DNA of 64,000 nucleotides from an uncultured Aquiluna sp. (GTDB taxonomy: Bacteria; Actinomycetota; Actinomycetes; Actinomycetales; Microbacteriaceae). The position numbers and the translations under genes are program-made. The notes beneath the pieces are model-generated. The model did not search any database, was not told the origin of the DNA, and worked only from the letters and a program-made list of their open reading frames with translations. The stretch spans positions 42,124 through 106,123 of the forward strand of contig CAZGNP010000001.1 in assembly GCA_964527155.1 (NCBI GenBank), given 5' to 3'. Numbering within the stretch: position 1 is the stretch's first letter; each line of letters starts with the position of its first letter. This document shows positions 31,681 to 40,571 of the stretch, in pieces.

Positions 31681-32254
31681 TGGTCAGATTTCTATAGGCT
31701 TCTCGGGATCGGATCAGTAGCTCCTCGAGGTTGCAGTTCGAATCGATTACTAGGTCAGCCACGGACTGTCGTTGTTCATCGGTTGCCTGCGCAGCAATCC
31801 GGCCTAGGGCATCTTCCCTGGACATCCCTCTCTTGACCAAGCGCTCGACTCTAACGTCCGCTGGACAATTTACGGTTACCACCTTGTCAAACGACAAGGG
31901 TGATTTTGTCTCAACAAATAGCGGAATGGTATAGACAATCACCTTGTCTTTATGAGCTACCGTCCTCGCCAGAGCCTGCTCCTGAATAAGCGGATGCAGT
32001 ATCCCTTCAACTCTTCGGCGAATTGCCGGATCCGAGAAGCTGAGCTGGGCAAGTCTTGATCTGTTAAGCCGACCTGATTCATCCAGTAACTGGTTGCCAA
32101 ATGCAGAAACTAATGCAACGAGTCCTGGTTGCCCTGGCTCCACTACTTCACGAGCCAACTGGTCGGCGTCAATCTCAATTGCACCAAGGCGAACCCATTC
32201 GGCTGCAACTGTCGATTTACCCGACCCAATTCCTCCGGTTAGTGCAATTAGCAT
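31673..32254 (-). CDS. coaE: Dephospho-CoA kinase (short form, no C-terminal extension)
   Basis: 193 aa. P-loop GGIGSGKST. Conserved position between rpsA and uvrB. Confidence 0.9.
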   Translation of the reverse strand: MLIALTGGIGSGKSTVAAEWVRLGAIEIDADQLAREVVEPGQPGLVALVSAFGNQLLDESGRLNRSRLAQLSFSDPAIRRRVEGILHPLIQEQALARTVAHKDKVIVYTIPLFVETKSPLSFDKVVTVNCPADVRVERLVKRGMSREDALGRIAAQATDEQRQSVADLVIDSNCNLEELLIRSREAYRNLTNG

Positions 32255-32282
32255 CTATCCAGAATAGGCCTGATTGGCAGTC

Positions 32283-33722
32283 CTACTTGTCTTCAGCTAG
32301 CTGATCTCTGAGAGAGGCAAGGGATTCGTCCTGCGAGAGTGATCCTTCAGCTGCTTGCGCTGGCTCTGCTGGCTGGGCATCTGGCAGACCGGCGAGCTTC
32401 TCACGCATTGCCTTCACCTGAGTCTTGTGTAGTTCCCAACGCTCGTGTGCTTCAGCGTAGTCAGCTTCCCACTTAGTTCGAGCCTCCTCATAACCGGCTC
32501 TCCACTCATTGGTTGCTGGGTCGAATCCTTCTGGGTAACGATAACTCCCGTTTTCGTCGTAATCCGCTGCCATTCCATAGAGCACGGGGTTAAAGTCAGT
32601 GCCCGCAGGATCAACTTCGTCAACTGCCTGCTTAAGCGAAAGAGAGATTCGCCGACGCTCGAGGTCAATGTCAATCAGTTTCACAAATACATCTTGGTTC
32701 ACGGTGACGACCTGATCGGCGTGCTCAACGTGCTTAGAAGAAAGCTCCGAAATGTGTACAAGGCCTTCGATGCCGTCAGCAACTCTGACGAATGCGCCAA
32801 AAGGAACAATTTTTGTTACCTTACCTGGAATGTACTGGCCGATGGCGTGTGTTCTGGCAAATACCTGCCATGGATCTTCCTGAGTCGCTTTGAGTGATAG
32901 AGAAACACGCTCGCGGTCAGAATCAACTTCAAGCACCTCTACTGTTACTTCTTGACCAACTTCGACAACTTCACTGGCATGTTCAACGTGCTTCCAGCTT
33001 AATTCCGAAACGTGAACTAGACCATCCACTCCACCAAGGTCAATAAATGCACCAAAGTTGACAATAGAAGAAACGACACCAGTTCGAATCTGGCCCTTTG
33101 CCAGGTCATTCAGCATTGTGGTGCGGCTCTCACTCTGGCTCTGCTCTAACAGTGCGCGACGAGACAAAACTACATTGTTGCGATTTTTGTCAAGCTCAAG
33201 AATCTTCGCTTCGACTTCGGTTCCAAGATAGGGGCCGAGATCGCGCACTCTTCTGAGCTCAATTAGAGAAGCCGGCAAAAATCCTCGAAGACCGATGTCG
33301 ACAATTACGCCACCCTTGACAACTTCAATGACAGTACCCTTGACGACCCCGTCAGCTTCCTTGATCTTCTCTACATCGCCCCATGCGCGTTCATACTGAG
33401 CACGCTTCTTGCTAAGAATCAGGCGGCCTTCCTTGTCCTCTTTCTGAAGAACTAGAGCCTCGATAGATTCGCCGACCTTGACTATGTCATTTGGATTTGC
33501 GTCTTGCCTGATAGAAAGTTCACGCAGGGGAATAACTCCCTCTGTCTTGTATCCGACATCAAGCAACACTTCGTCTCGGTCAATCTTGACCACAGTGCCG
33601 GCAATGAGATCGCCATCGTTAAAAAATTTGAGGGTTGCTTCGACCGCTGCTAGAAAATCCTCTTGAGAGCCGATGTCGTTGACTGCAATTTGTTTGTTAC
33701 CTGCGGTCGATTTGGTTGCCAT
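32283..33722 (-). CDS. rpsA: 30S ribosomal protein S1
   Basis: Start at ATG 33722 (MATKSTAGNKQIAVNDIGSQEDFLAAVE...), collinear with mycobacterial RpsA. Four S1 repeats (e.g. GFLPASL, VHVSELSWKH, VHISELS). The track start at 33758 adds 12 unsupported codons. Confidence 0.93.
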   Translation of the reverse strand: MATKSTAGNKQIAVNDIGSQEDFLAAVEATLKFFNDGDLIAGTVVKIDRDEVLLDVGYKTEGVIPLRELSIRQDANPNDIVKVGESIEALVLQKEDKEGRLILSKKRAQYERAWGDVEKIKEADGVVKGTVIEVVKGGVIVDIGLRGFLPASLIELRRVRDLGPYLGTEVEAKILELDKNRNNVVLSRRALLEQSQSESRTTMLNDLAKGQIRTGVVSSIVNFGAFIDLGGVDGLVHVSELSWKHVEHASEVVEVGQEVTVEVLEVDSDRERVSLSLKATQEDPWQVFARTHAIGQYIPGKVTKIVPFGAFVRVADGIEGLVHISELSSKHVEHADQVVTVNQDVFVKLIDIDLERRRISLSLKQAVDEVDPAGTDFNPVLYGMAADYDENGSYRYPEGFDPATNEWRAGYEEARTKWEADYAEAHERWELHKTQVKAMREKLAGLPDAQPAEPAQAAEGSLSQDESLASLRDQLAEDK

Positions 33723-33755
33723 ATGTTTGTTTACTTCACTTTTACTCGGGTCGCG

Positions 33756-33780
33756 CAAAACAAGAACCAGGAGGATCTTG
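33756..33780 (-). terminator. Possible weak intrinsic terminator downstream of polA
   Basis: The minus strand reads CAAGATCC-TCCT-GGTTCTTG followed by TTTTG. 7 of 8 stem pairs, AT-rich, so marginal. Lies in the 121-nt polA/rpsA gap. Confidence 0.25.
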
Positions 33781-33843
33781 GCTTGCCCGACGAAACGGAC
33801 AGGGAAAGCGCCCTAGAGCGCCTAGCAAAGCCTAGCGGGATTC

Positions 33844-36498
33844 CTAGTGACCCGCCAGCTCCCAGTTTGGGCCGACTCCTATGTGCACCTCTACTGGAAC
33901 TGACAGCCTTGCAACGCTCTTCATGCTCTCGGAGGCAAGCACTTTTATCTGCTCCAGCTCATTAGGAGCAACCTCGAAGACGAGCTCGTCGTGGACTTGA
34001 AGTAGCAGTCTTGACTTAAGTCCTAACTTAGATATTCGGGAGTCAGCTTCAATCATTGCCAGCTTCATGATGTCCGCAGCGGTTCCCTGAATAGGAGCAT
34101 TGAGTGCAGCTCTGCGAGCGTTTTCACGGATCTGGAATACCTTGGAATTTAAATCAGCAAAGGGCCTTCGGCGGCCGTAAACGGTCTCAGTGTAGCCATC
34201 GACTTTCGCCCGTTGCACGACCTGGTCGAGATACCTCTTGACTCCCCCGAACCTGGCAAAGTAATCGCTCATAAGTTGTTTTGCTTCTGTCTTAGTTATC
34301 TTGAGTTGCCTTGCTAATCCAAACTCACTCAAGCCGTAAACCAGACCGTAGCTCATAGCCTTGACCTTTGACCTCATAGCAGCGTCAACTTCTGAGGGTT
34401 TTACGCCATAAATTCGCGAACCAACATAATTGTGTAAATCCTCGCCTGCCTTGAATGCCTCTATCAGCCCAGCGTCCTCGCTCAGGTGTGCCATGATGCG
34501 CATCTCTATCTGTGAATAGTCAGCCGTCAAGAGTTCAGTAAATCCTGAGCCTGCTATGAAGGCACTCCTTAGCCTTTGACCACGCTCGGTCTTTATTGGA
34601 ATGTTCTGAAGATTTGGGTTTTCACTGCTAAGCCGACCAGTTGAAGTTCCGGTTTGCAAATACCTTGTGTGAATACGCCCATCCCTACCTACTGCGTCCA
34701 AAAGCGTTTCCGCCATCTGGCGAATCTTTGAAACATCTCGATGCGCGAGCAACTTTTCTAGGAATGGGTGCCCCGTTTGCTCTAGAAGTTCGGCTAGTGC
34801 TTCAGCATTGGTTGAATAGCCGGTCTTGACGGATCTAGTTCCTTCAAAACCAAGCTCTTCAAAAAGGACAGTCTGAAGTTGTTTCGGACTTGCGAGATTT
34901 ACTTCGTGGCCAATAATTTCATAGGCTTCCTGAGCAATTTGTTCAACCTCCTTGCTCAACACCTCTTTCTGGCTCTCTAGATTGACCCGATCGATGGCAA
35001 TCCCAACTGACTCCATTTTGGCGAGAACAATCGATGACGGAAGTTCGATTTCTCGATAAACGGAATTGAGAGTCTTAGCTTGCAGTTTCTTGGTTGTTGC
35101 CTGAAATAGAACGGCTGATGCCCAGGCATCAAGCGAAGCTGGAACTTCGGCAAAAAGTTCAAGCGGATCAGCTCGAACGATGTCTACGCCAACTAGGTCT
35201 CTGAGAAGCTGATCCTGGTTGTATTCCTTGAGTGTTGGATCATAAAGATAAGACGTAAGCAGGCCGTCATTTTGTGCCGATACAGGCCCTAAGCCAAGTT
35301 CGATGCACAGTCGCGCAAATTGCTTGGAGTCCCAGACCCCAAACCTTCCTTGCTTTAACAAATCCAGAGCAGCTGACACATCCAGGCCGTCCCAATCCAC
35401 GCGTGTGCTGATGTTGGCGGCACCCAGTCCAATGAGCTTGCCATCTGAAACCTGTATCGAAACGAAAGTATCTTCAGCAAGGAAGCTTTTTAAATCTGAG
35501 GCACTAACTATTCGGCTCTCGGGTTGCTCAAAGGCATCATGCTCATGAGAAACGTGATCTTCCTCCGCCTCCTCGATTTCGGCCTTTGGAACGGGAATCT
35601 GAGCACCATTTGTGCCGCGTAACTTAATAACCCGAGTTAGTAGTGTTCGAAAGTTTAGCTTTGCGAACACAGCACGAAGTTCCTCTTCGTGGACAGGCCC
35701 GACGGCTAGGTCAGAGATTGAAAAATCAAACTCCAAATCTCTTACTAGATCATTAAGCCGTCTGTTTCGAATGGCAAGGTCACGCTTATCGCGCAGGCTC
35801 TCCCCTACCTTCCCGGTTATCCGATCGGCCGCTTTCAGGATCGAATTCAGATCGCCGTATGTTTGAAGCCATTTAGCTGCAGTTTTTGGGCCAACACCCG
35901 GAATCCCAGGGAGATTGTCCGAGGTCTCACCAACGAGTGCGGCTAGGTCCTGGTATTGCTTGGCCGTGACTCCATACTTATCAAATACAGCCTTGTCATC
36001 CATGCGGGCAAGATTCATCACCCCCTTAATTGGATAGAGAACCTTTGTCTGATCACTAATTAGCTGGAAAGTATCGCGATCGCCAGAAACAATCAGAACA
36101 TTCATTCCAGCCTTCTCGCCGTGATTGGCAAGCGAGGCTATTAGGTCATCCGCTTCATAGTCCTCTCTAGAAACCGATGTGATGCGCATTGCAGCAAGGG
36201 CTTCCACCAAGAGTTCAGTCTGACCAATGAATTCTTCAGGTGTCTCGCCACGATTACCTTTGTACTCCGGATATTCCTTCGTTCGAAAGCTTTCACGAGA
36301 CACGTCAAAGGCTACGCAAATGTGGGTGGGCTTTTCACTCTCAATTAGGGTGAGAAGCATTGAGATGAAACCGTGAACGGCGTTTGTGTGCTGACCAGCC
36401 TGATTCTTGAAACTTTCGGGATTTAGGGCATAGAAGGCGCGAAATGCGAGTGAGTGCCCATCGATTAGTAGCAAGGTAGGCTTTTTCTCAGCAGACAT
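33844..36498 (-). CDS. polA: DNA polymerase I
   Basis: 884 aa. 5'-nuclease N-terminus, DYSQIEMRIMAH (motif A) and QVHDELVFE (motif C). Confidence 0.95.
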   Translation of the reverse strand: MSAEKKPTLLLIDGHSLAFRAFYALNPESFKNQAGQHTNAVHGFISMLLTLIESEKPTHICVAFDVSRESFRTKEYPEYKGNRGETPEEFIGQTELLVEALAAMRITSVSREDYEADDLIASLANHGEKAGMNVLIVSGDRDTFQLISDQTKVLYPIKGVMNLARMDDKAVFDKYGVTAKQYQDLAALVGETSDNLPGIPGVGPKTAAKWLQTYGDLNSILKAADRITGKVGESLRDKRDLAIRNRRLNDLVRDLEFDFSISDLAVGPVHEEELRAVFAKLNFRTLLTRVIKLRGTNGAQIPVPKAEIEEAEEDHVSHEHDAFEQPESRIVSASDLKSFLAEDTFVSIQVSDGKLIGLGAANISTRVDWDGLDVSAALDLLKQGRFGVWDSKQFARLCIELGLGPVSAQNDGLLTSYLYDPTLKEYNQDQLLRDLVGVDIVRADPLELFAEVPASLDAWASAVLFQATTKKLQAKTLNSVYREIELPSSIVLAKMESVGIAIDRVNLESQKEVLSKEVEQIAQEAYEIIGHEVNLASPKQLQTVLFEELGFEGTRSVKTGYSTNAEALAELLEQTGHPFLEKLLAHRDVSKIRQMAETLLDAVGRDGRIHTRYLQTGTSTGRLSSENPNLQNIPIKTERGQRLRSAFIAGSGFTELLTADYSQIEMRIMAHLSEDAGLIEAFKAGEDLHNYVGSRIYGVKPSEVDAAMRSKVKAMSYGLVYGLSEFGLARQLKITKTEAKQLMSDYFARFGGVKRYLDQVVQRAKVDGYTETVYGRRRPFADLNSKVFQIRENARRAALNAPIQGTAADIMKLAMIEADSRISKLGLKSRLLLQVHDELVFEVAPNELEQIKVLASESMKSVARLSVPVEVHIGVGPNWELAGH

Positions 36499-36522
36499 GT
36501 GCCTAGCCTACTTTGCTCGGGA

Positions 36523-36957
36523 GTGACCTTGGAAAAAGAAGTTGTTACATCAGCTCAAGCCTTGGAAGTCATGCGCCAGCGCGGTTTGGGTGCACTTGCT
36601 GATCGGATGGGAATAAAGCTCTTAGAGCTAAGTGCCGAACGGGCTGTAGCAACAATGCCAGTCGAAGGCAACACCCAACCTATCGGTCTGTTACACGGTG
36701 GCGCCCACGTGGTCCTAGCGGAATCTTTGGGGAGTTTTGCCGCGAATGTTCATGCACATCCTTGGGGCTATGCAGTTGGAATTGAAATCAACGCTTCACA
36801 TCATGCATCAGTCAAGAGTGGTCTAGTAACTGGAACCTGCACGGCCATCAAGTTGGGAAAAAGTTTAACAACCCACGAAGTGAAGATGACTGACGAAAAT
36901 GGTCAGCTCCTCTCGACCGTAAGAATTACAAATTATCTTCGCCCGAAGCAGTCTTAG
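36523..36957 (+). CDS. PaaI/YbdB-type hotdog-fold thioesterase
   Basis: LLHGGAHVVLAESLGS core motif of the PaaI thioesterase family. Start is uncertain: GTG 36499 (abuts the polA ATG), GTG 36523, TTG 36529 or ATG 36571. Confidence 0.75.
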   Translation: MTLEKEVVTSAQALEVMRQRGLGALADRMGIKLLELSAERAVATMPVEGNTQPIGLLHGGAHVVLAESLGSFAANVHAHPWGYAVGIEINASHHASVKSGLVTGTCTAIKLGKSLTTHEVKMTDENGQLLSTVRITNYLRPKQS

Positions 36958-37528
36958 GTCCAAGTTGATCAATGACGGCCTTGGCAACTTGCGCCATCGA
37001 CAATCTCCTGTCCATTGAGGCTTTTTGAATCCATCGGAAGGCATCGGGCTCTGACAGCTTCATCTTCGACATAAGTAATCCTTTAGCCCGGTCCATTAAT
37101 TTTCTGGTCTCAAGACGATCGGCTAGATCAGAGATCTCCTGTTCTAAGGCAGCAATCTCCTCGCTACGAGCAATTGCAATTTGAATCGCAGGTATTAGGT
37201 CCGCAGGCTTAAAGGGTTTGGTTATAAAGGCCATCGCACCAGCCTCGGTTGCTCTTGTCACTAGCTCGGTTTGTGAAAAGGCAGTCAAGAGGACAACTGG
37301 GATTTTTGCCTGTGTCAATTTCTCGGCTGCTGAAATTCCATCGAGTTTGGGCATTTTGATGTCCATCACAACAACATCGGGGTTAAGTTTTTCGGCCAGT
37401 GCAAGCGCCTCTTCGCCGTCCGACGCTTCGCCAACAACCGAAAATCCGGCTTCAGAGAGTGTGGCCACAACGTCCATGCGAATCAACGATTCGTCTTCTG
37501 CGACGAGGACTCTCAATGGTTCTTGCAT
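36926..37528 (-). CDS. pdtaR: ANTAR-domain response regulator (PdtaR-like antiterminator)
   Basis: 200 aa. REC domain (VAEDESLIRMD, phospho-acceptor VVMDIKMP) followed by an ANTAR helix region (RKLMDRAKGLLM...EPDAFRWIQKASMDRRLSMAQVA). No kinase gene adjacent. Confidence 0.85.
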   Translation of the reverse strand: MQEPLRVLVAEDESLIRMDVVATLSEAGFSVVGEASDGEEALALAEKLNPDVVVMDIKMPKLDGISAAEKLTQAKIPVVLLTAFSQTELVTRATEAGAMAFITKPFKPADLIPAIQIAIARSEEIAALEQEISDLADRLETRKLMDRAKGLLMSKMKLSEPDAFRWIQKASMDRRLSMAQVAKAVIDQLGPKTASGEDNL

Positions 37529-37557
37529 GCTGCTACTTTAGCCATTTCAGCATCCAC

Positions 37558-37563
37558 TACAAT
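37558..37563 (+). promoter_or_regulatory. Candidate -10 hexamer (TACAAT) for tRNA-Leu
   Basis: TACAAT ends 11 nt upstream of the mature tRNA 5' end. No convincing -35 seen. Only 46 nt separate the tRNA from the divergent pdtaR start codon. Confidence 0.3.
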
Positions 37564-37574
37564 TGCCAAGACCG

Positions 37575-37657
37575 GCCGGAATGGCGGAACGGCAGACGCG
37601 GCGCACTCAAAATGCGTTGTCCGAAAGGGCGTGTGGGTTCAAATCCCACTTCCGGCA
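37575..37657 (+). tRNA. tRNA-Leu (anticodon CAA), class II with long variable arm, CCA not encoded
   Basis: Hand-folded cloverleaf. Acceptor GCCGGAA/TTCCGGC plus discriminator A. D arm GCG-GAACGGCAGA-CGC. Anticodon stem GCGCA/TGCGT with loop CTCAAAA. Variable arm TGTCCGAAAGGGCGT. T arm GTGGG-TTCAAAT-CCCAC. 83 nt. Confidence 0.9.
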
Positions 37658-37660
37658 CAG

Positions 37661-39103
37661 TTAGTTGGCGTAACCGGGGGCGGCGTTGTGTACGGCGTCG
37701 CCTACTCTGTGGACTCGAAGTGAATTGGTTGAACCTGGAATTCCAGGCGGTGAGCCAGCCACAACTATTACCTCATCCCCCAACTTGCACTTGCCGGACT
37801 CCATCACAATTTCATCGACTTGCTTGATCATCTGGTCGGTGTGCTTGACGTGCTCAACCAAGAAAGTTGTTGCACCCCATACCAAAGCCAACTTACGCCG
37901 CACTGACTCGTTAGGAGTGAAGGCAAGAACTGGAATTCTAGATCGCAGTCGACTAACCCTTCGAAGGGTGTCTCCGCTTTCGGTGAAGACACATACAAAC
38001 TTACTCCCAAGCAGATCAGCGATGTCGAGAGCTGCCTTTACGACTGCTCCCGAGTGTGTGTGGGGCTTAGTCCCCAGGTCGGGGATTCTCTCCAGACCAT
38101 TTTCCTCAGTTGACTCGATGATTCTTGCCATCGTCGCAACTGTCTCGACCGGATACTTTCCAACTGAAGTTTCACCCGAGAGCATCAATGCATCCGCGCC
38201 ATCCAGGACAGCATTAGCCACATCCGATGCTTCGGCGCGTGTAGGACGACTGTTCTCGATCATGCTCTCTAGCATTTGCGTCGCAACAATTACCGGTTTA
38301 GCCCAGCGACGAGCCAATTCAACTGCCCTCTTTTGTACCAACGGTACCTGTTCGAGTGGCAACTCCACACCGAGGTCTCCTCTGGCCACCATGATTCCGT
38401 CAAATGCATCGACAATCTCCTCCAGCGCATCTACGGCCTGCGGCTTCTCAATTTTGGCTATGACAGGAACGAAGCGGTTCTCTTCCTTCATAATCTCGTG
38501 AGCACGGGTGATGTCCTTGGCAGATCGGACAAAACTTAGAGCCACCATGTCTGCCCCAGTTCGAAGGGCCCATCGAAGATCTTCCTCGTCCTTTTCGCTC
38601 ATCGCGGGTACATTGACGGCGACACCGGGGAGATTAATTCCCTTATTGTTTGAAATGGGCCCGCCAATTTCGACTTCACAAATTACTTTGCTTCCTTCGA
38701 CCTTTTTGGCTCTAAGCGCAATCCGGCCATCATCAATCAAAAGTGGGTCACCGGGTTTAACATCTTCGGGTAGGCCTTTATAGGTAGTTCCGCACGTGCT
38801 GGCATCTCCTTCGACGTCCGCAGTGGTGATCGTAAATTCCTGCCCCACGGAAAGCTCTTCCTTGCCGTTTTTAAATCGTGCCAATCGAATCTTTGGCCCC
38901 TGCAGGTCCACCAAGATCCCAACGGGTTTTCCTAAGTCTTCCGCTGCTTTGCGTATGTTGTTGTATGAGGCCTCGTGAACGGCATAGTCACCGTGCGAAA
39001 GATTGAGCCTTGCAACATCCACTCCAGCTGCAATGACAGCTTTTGTCTTTTCGTAGTCTCCGACCGCTGGGCCAAAAGTGGCAACGATTTTCGCGCGTCT
39101 CAT
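37661..39103 (-). CDS. pyk: Pyruvate kinase
   Basis: MRRAKIVATFGPA, NLSHG and MVARGDLGVE motifs. ATG 39103 preferred over the in-frame TTG one codon upstream. Confidence 0.95.
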   Translation of the reverse strand: MRRAKIVATFGPAVGDYEKTKAVIAAGVDVARLNLSHGDYAVHEASYNNIRKAAEDLGKPVGILVDLQGPKIRLARFKNGKEELSVGQEFTITTADVEGDASTCGTTYKGLPEDVKPGDPLLIDDGRIALRAKKVEGSKVICEVEIGGPISNNKGINLPGVAVNVPAMSEKDEEDLRWALRTGADMVALSFVRSAKDITRAHEIMKEENRFVPVIAKIEKPQAVDALEEIVDAFDGIMVARGDLGVELPLEQVPLVQKRAVELARRWAKPVIVATQMLESMIENSRPTRAEASDVANAVLDGADALMLSGETSVGKYPVETVATMARIIESTEENGLERIPDLGTKPHTHSGAVVKAALDIADLLGSKFVCVFTESGDTLRRVSRLRSRIPVLAFTPNESVRRKLALVWGATTFLVEHVKHTDQMIKQVDEIVMESGKCKLGDEVIVVAGSPPGIPGSTNSLRVHRVGDAVHNAAPGYAN

Positions 39104-39116
39104 CAATAATCCTTAC

Positions 39117-40571
39117 TTAGCTGTAAATCGAAATAGGTTGGTCTGTCGGTCTGACTGGAAAGGGCAGGTCCGTCTCACCTTCGAGAAACTCATCAACCGC
39201 CGATGCTGCTGCTCTGCCTTCGGCTATTGCCCAGACTACAAGACTCGCTCCTCGACCTGCGTCACCAGCAACGAAGATTCCATTTCCAGCGTGGTATTTT
39301 CCGTCTCGAATGAGATTGCCCTTTTCTGCTCCAAGACCAAGTTGGGTCACGACTTGCGCGGATTCATTTCCTTGGTATCCCAGGGCCAGAAGGACCAAGT
39401 CCGCCCTGATGATTCTCTCGGTGCCTTGCTTTGGAATCCTTTTACCGTCAACGAACTCAGTATCTGCAACCTTCACGCCTGTGAGTTTTCCTTGCTCCCC
39501 GACGAACTCAACCGTGGAATGCATGTACTTACGCTCGCCGAATTCCTCGTGTGCGGATTGAATTTCAAAGACATTCGGCACAGTTGGCCAAGGCATAGCT
39601 TCCGTTCGTTCGCTGGGAGGCATCTGACCAATGGCTAAGGTCGTGACACTTAGGGCGCCCTGTCTTGTAGCGGTGCCCAGACAATCGGCACCGGTATCTC
39701 CGCCGCCGAGGATTACCACGTGCTTCCCCTCCGCGGTTAATTGGTTTTCAATTTGTTCGCCTGCAACGCGCCGATTTGCGGCTGTTAGATAAGGCATAGC
39801 GAATTCAATGCCAGTTAGGGCACGGCCTGGAACCTGAATGTCGCGCGGAATAAGCGCACCAGTTGCAATAACGACGGCGTCGTAGCGTCTTCTGAGTTCA
39901 TCCCAAGTGATGTCGACACCGACATTAATCCCAGTGCGAAAGCGGGTTCCTTCAGATTCCATCTGGTGAATTCGTCGGTCGATGTGATGCTTTTCCATCT
40001 TGAAGTCCGGTATGCCATAGCGGAGAAGGCCGCCAACTCGATCATCGCGCTCGAATACCGCGACCGTGTGTCCAGCCCTTGTGAGTTGTTGGGCAGCAGC
40101 CAATCCAGCCGGACCGCTTCCTACCACGGCTACGGTCTTGCCAGTTAGACGGTCTGGCACCTGTGGGAGCACAAGGCCATTGTCGAAGGCGTCGTCAATG
40201 ATGCTGACTTCAATTTCCTTAATCGTGACTGCAGGTTGATTTATGCCTAATACACAGGCGTCCTCACAAGGGGCAGGGCATATTCGCCCGGTGAATTCAG
40301 GAAAGTTATTTGTTGCGTGAAGACGATCAATCGCCTCTCGACCCCGTCCGCGGTGTGTGAGATCGTTCCACTCAGGAATCAGGTTTCCAAGTGGGCATCC
40401 TTGGTGGCAAAAAGGTATTCCGCAATCCATGCATCGAGATGCCTGCTGCTTGACAGTCTCTGAATTGCGCTCCGCATAGACTTCCTTCCAATCTCTAATT
40501 CTTACGGGCACTGGTCGGCGCGGAGCAGTCTGGCGTTCAGTAATCTTCATGAAACCTCTGGGATCAGCCAT
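39117..40571 (-). CDS. gltD: Glutamate synthase (NADPH) small subunit
   Basis: 484 aa. Fe-S Cys cluster [10 protein letters not shown]...CPLGN and dinucleotide fold [15 protein letters not shown] overlaps the gltB 3' end by 8 nt. Confidence 0.93.
   Translation of the reverse strand: MADPRGFMKITERQTAPRRPVPVRIRDWKEVYAERNSETVKQQASRCMDCGIPFCHQGCPLGNLIPEWNDLTHRGRGREAIDRLHATNNFPEFTGRICPAPCEDACVLGINQPAVTIKEIEVSIIDDAFDNGLVLPQVPDRLTGKTVAVVGSGPAGLAAAQQLTRAGHTVAVFERDDRVGGLLRYGIPDFKMEKHHIDRRIHQMESEGTRFRTGINVGVDITWDELRRRYDAVVIATGALIPRDIQVPGRALTGIEFAMPYLTAANRRVAGEQIENQLTAEGKHVVILGGGDTGADCLGTATRQGALSVTTLAIGQMPPSERTEAMPWPTVPNVFEIQSAHEEFGERKYMHSTVEFVGEQGKLTGVKVADTEFVDGKRIPKQGTERIIRADLVLLALGYQGNESAQVVTQLGLGAEKGNLIRDGKYHAGNGIFVAGDAGRGASLVVWAIAEGRAAASAVDEFLEGETDLPFPVRPTDQPISIYS

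Noticed and set aside
37575-37657. tRNA-Leu as a possible integration hotspot for a genomic island.
   Set aside because: It is flanked immediately by pyk and pdtaR, both conserved neighbours. No integrase, no direct repeat of the tRNA 3' end and no foreign genes.
37686-38501. 271-aa plus-strand ORF antisense to pyk. Similar long antisense ORFs occur in ctaA (7634..8110), gltB (40851..45082, several), carB, uvrA and fabI (284..520).
   Set aside because: Same shadow-ORF signature (Ser/Thr/Arg/Pro-rich, no motifs, fully nested in conserved genes). No independent evidence of coding.
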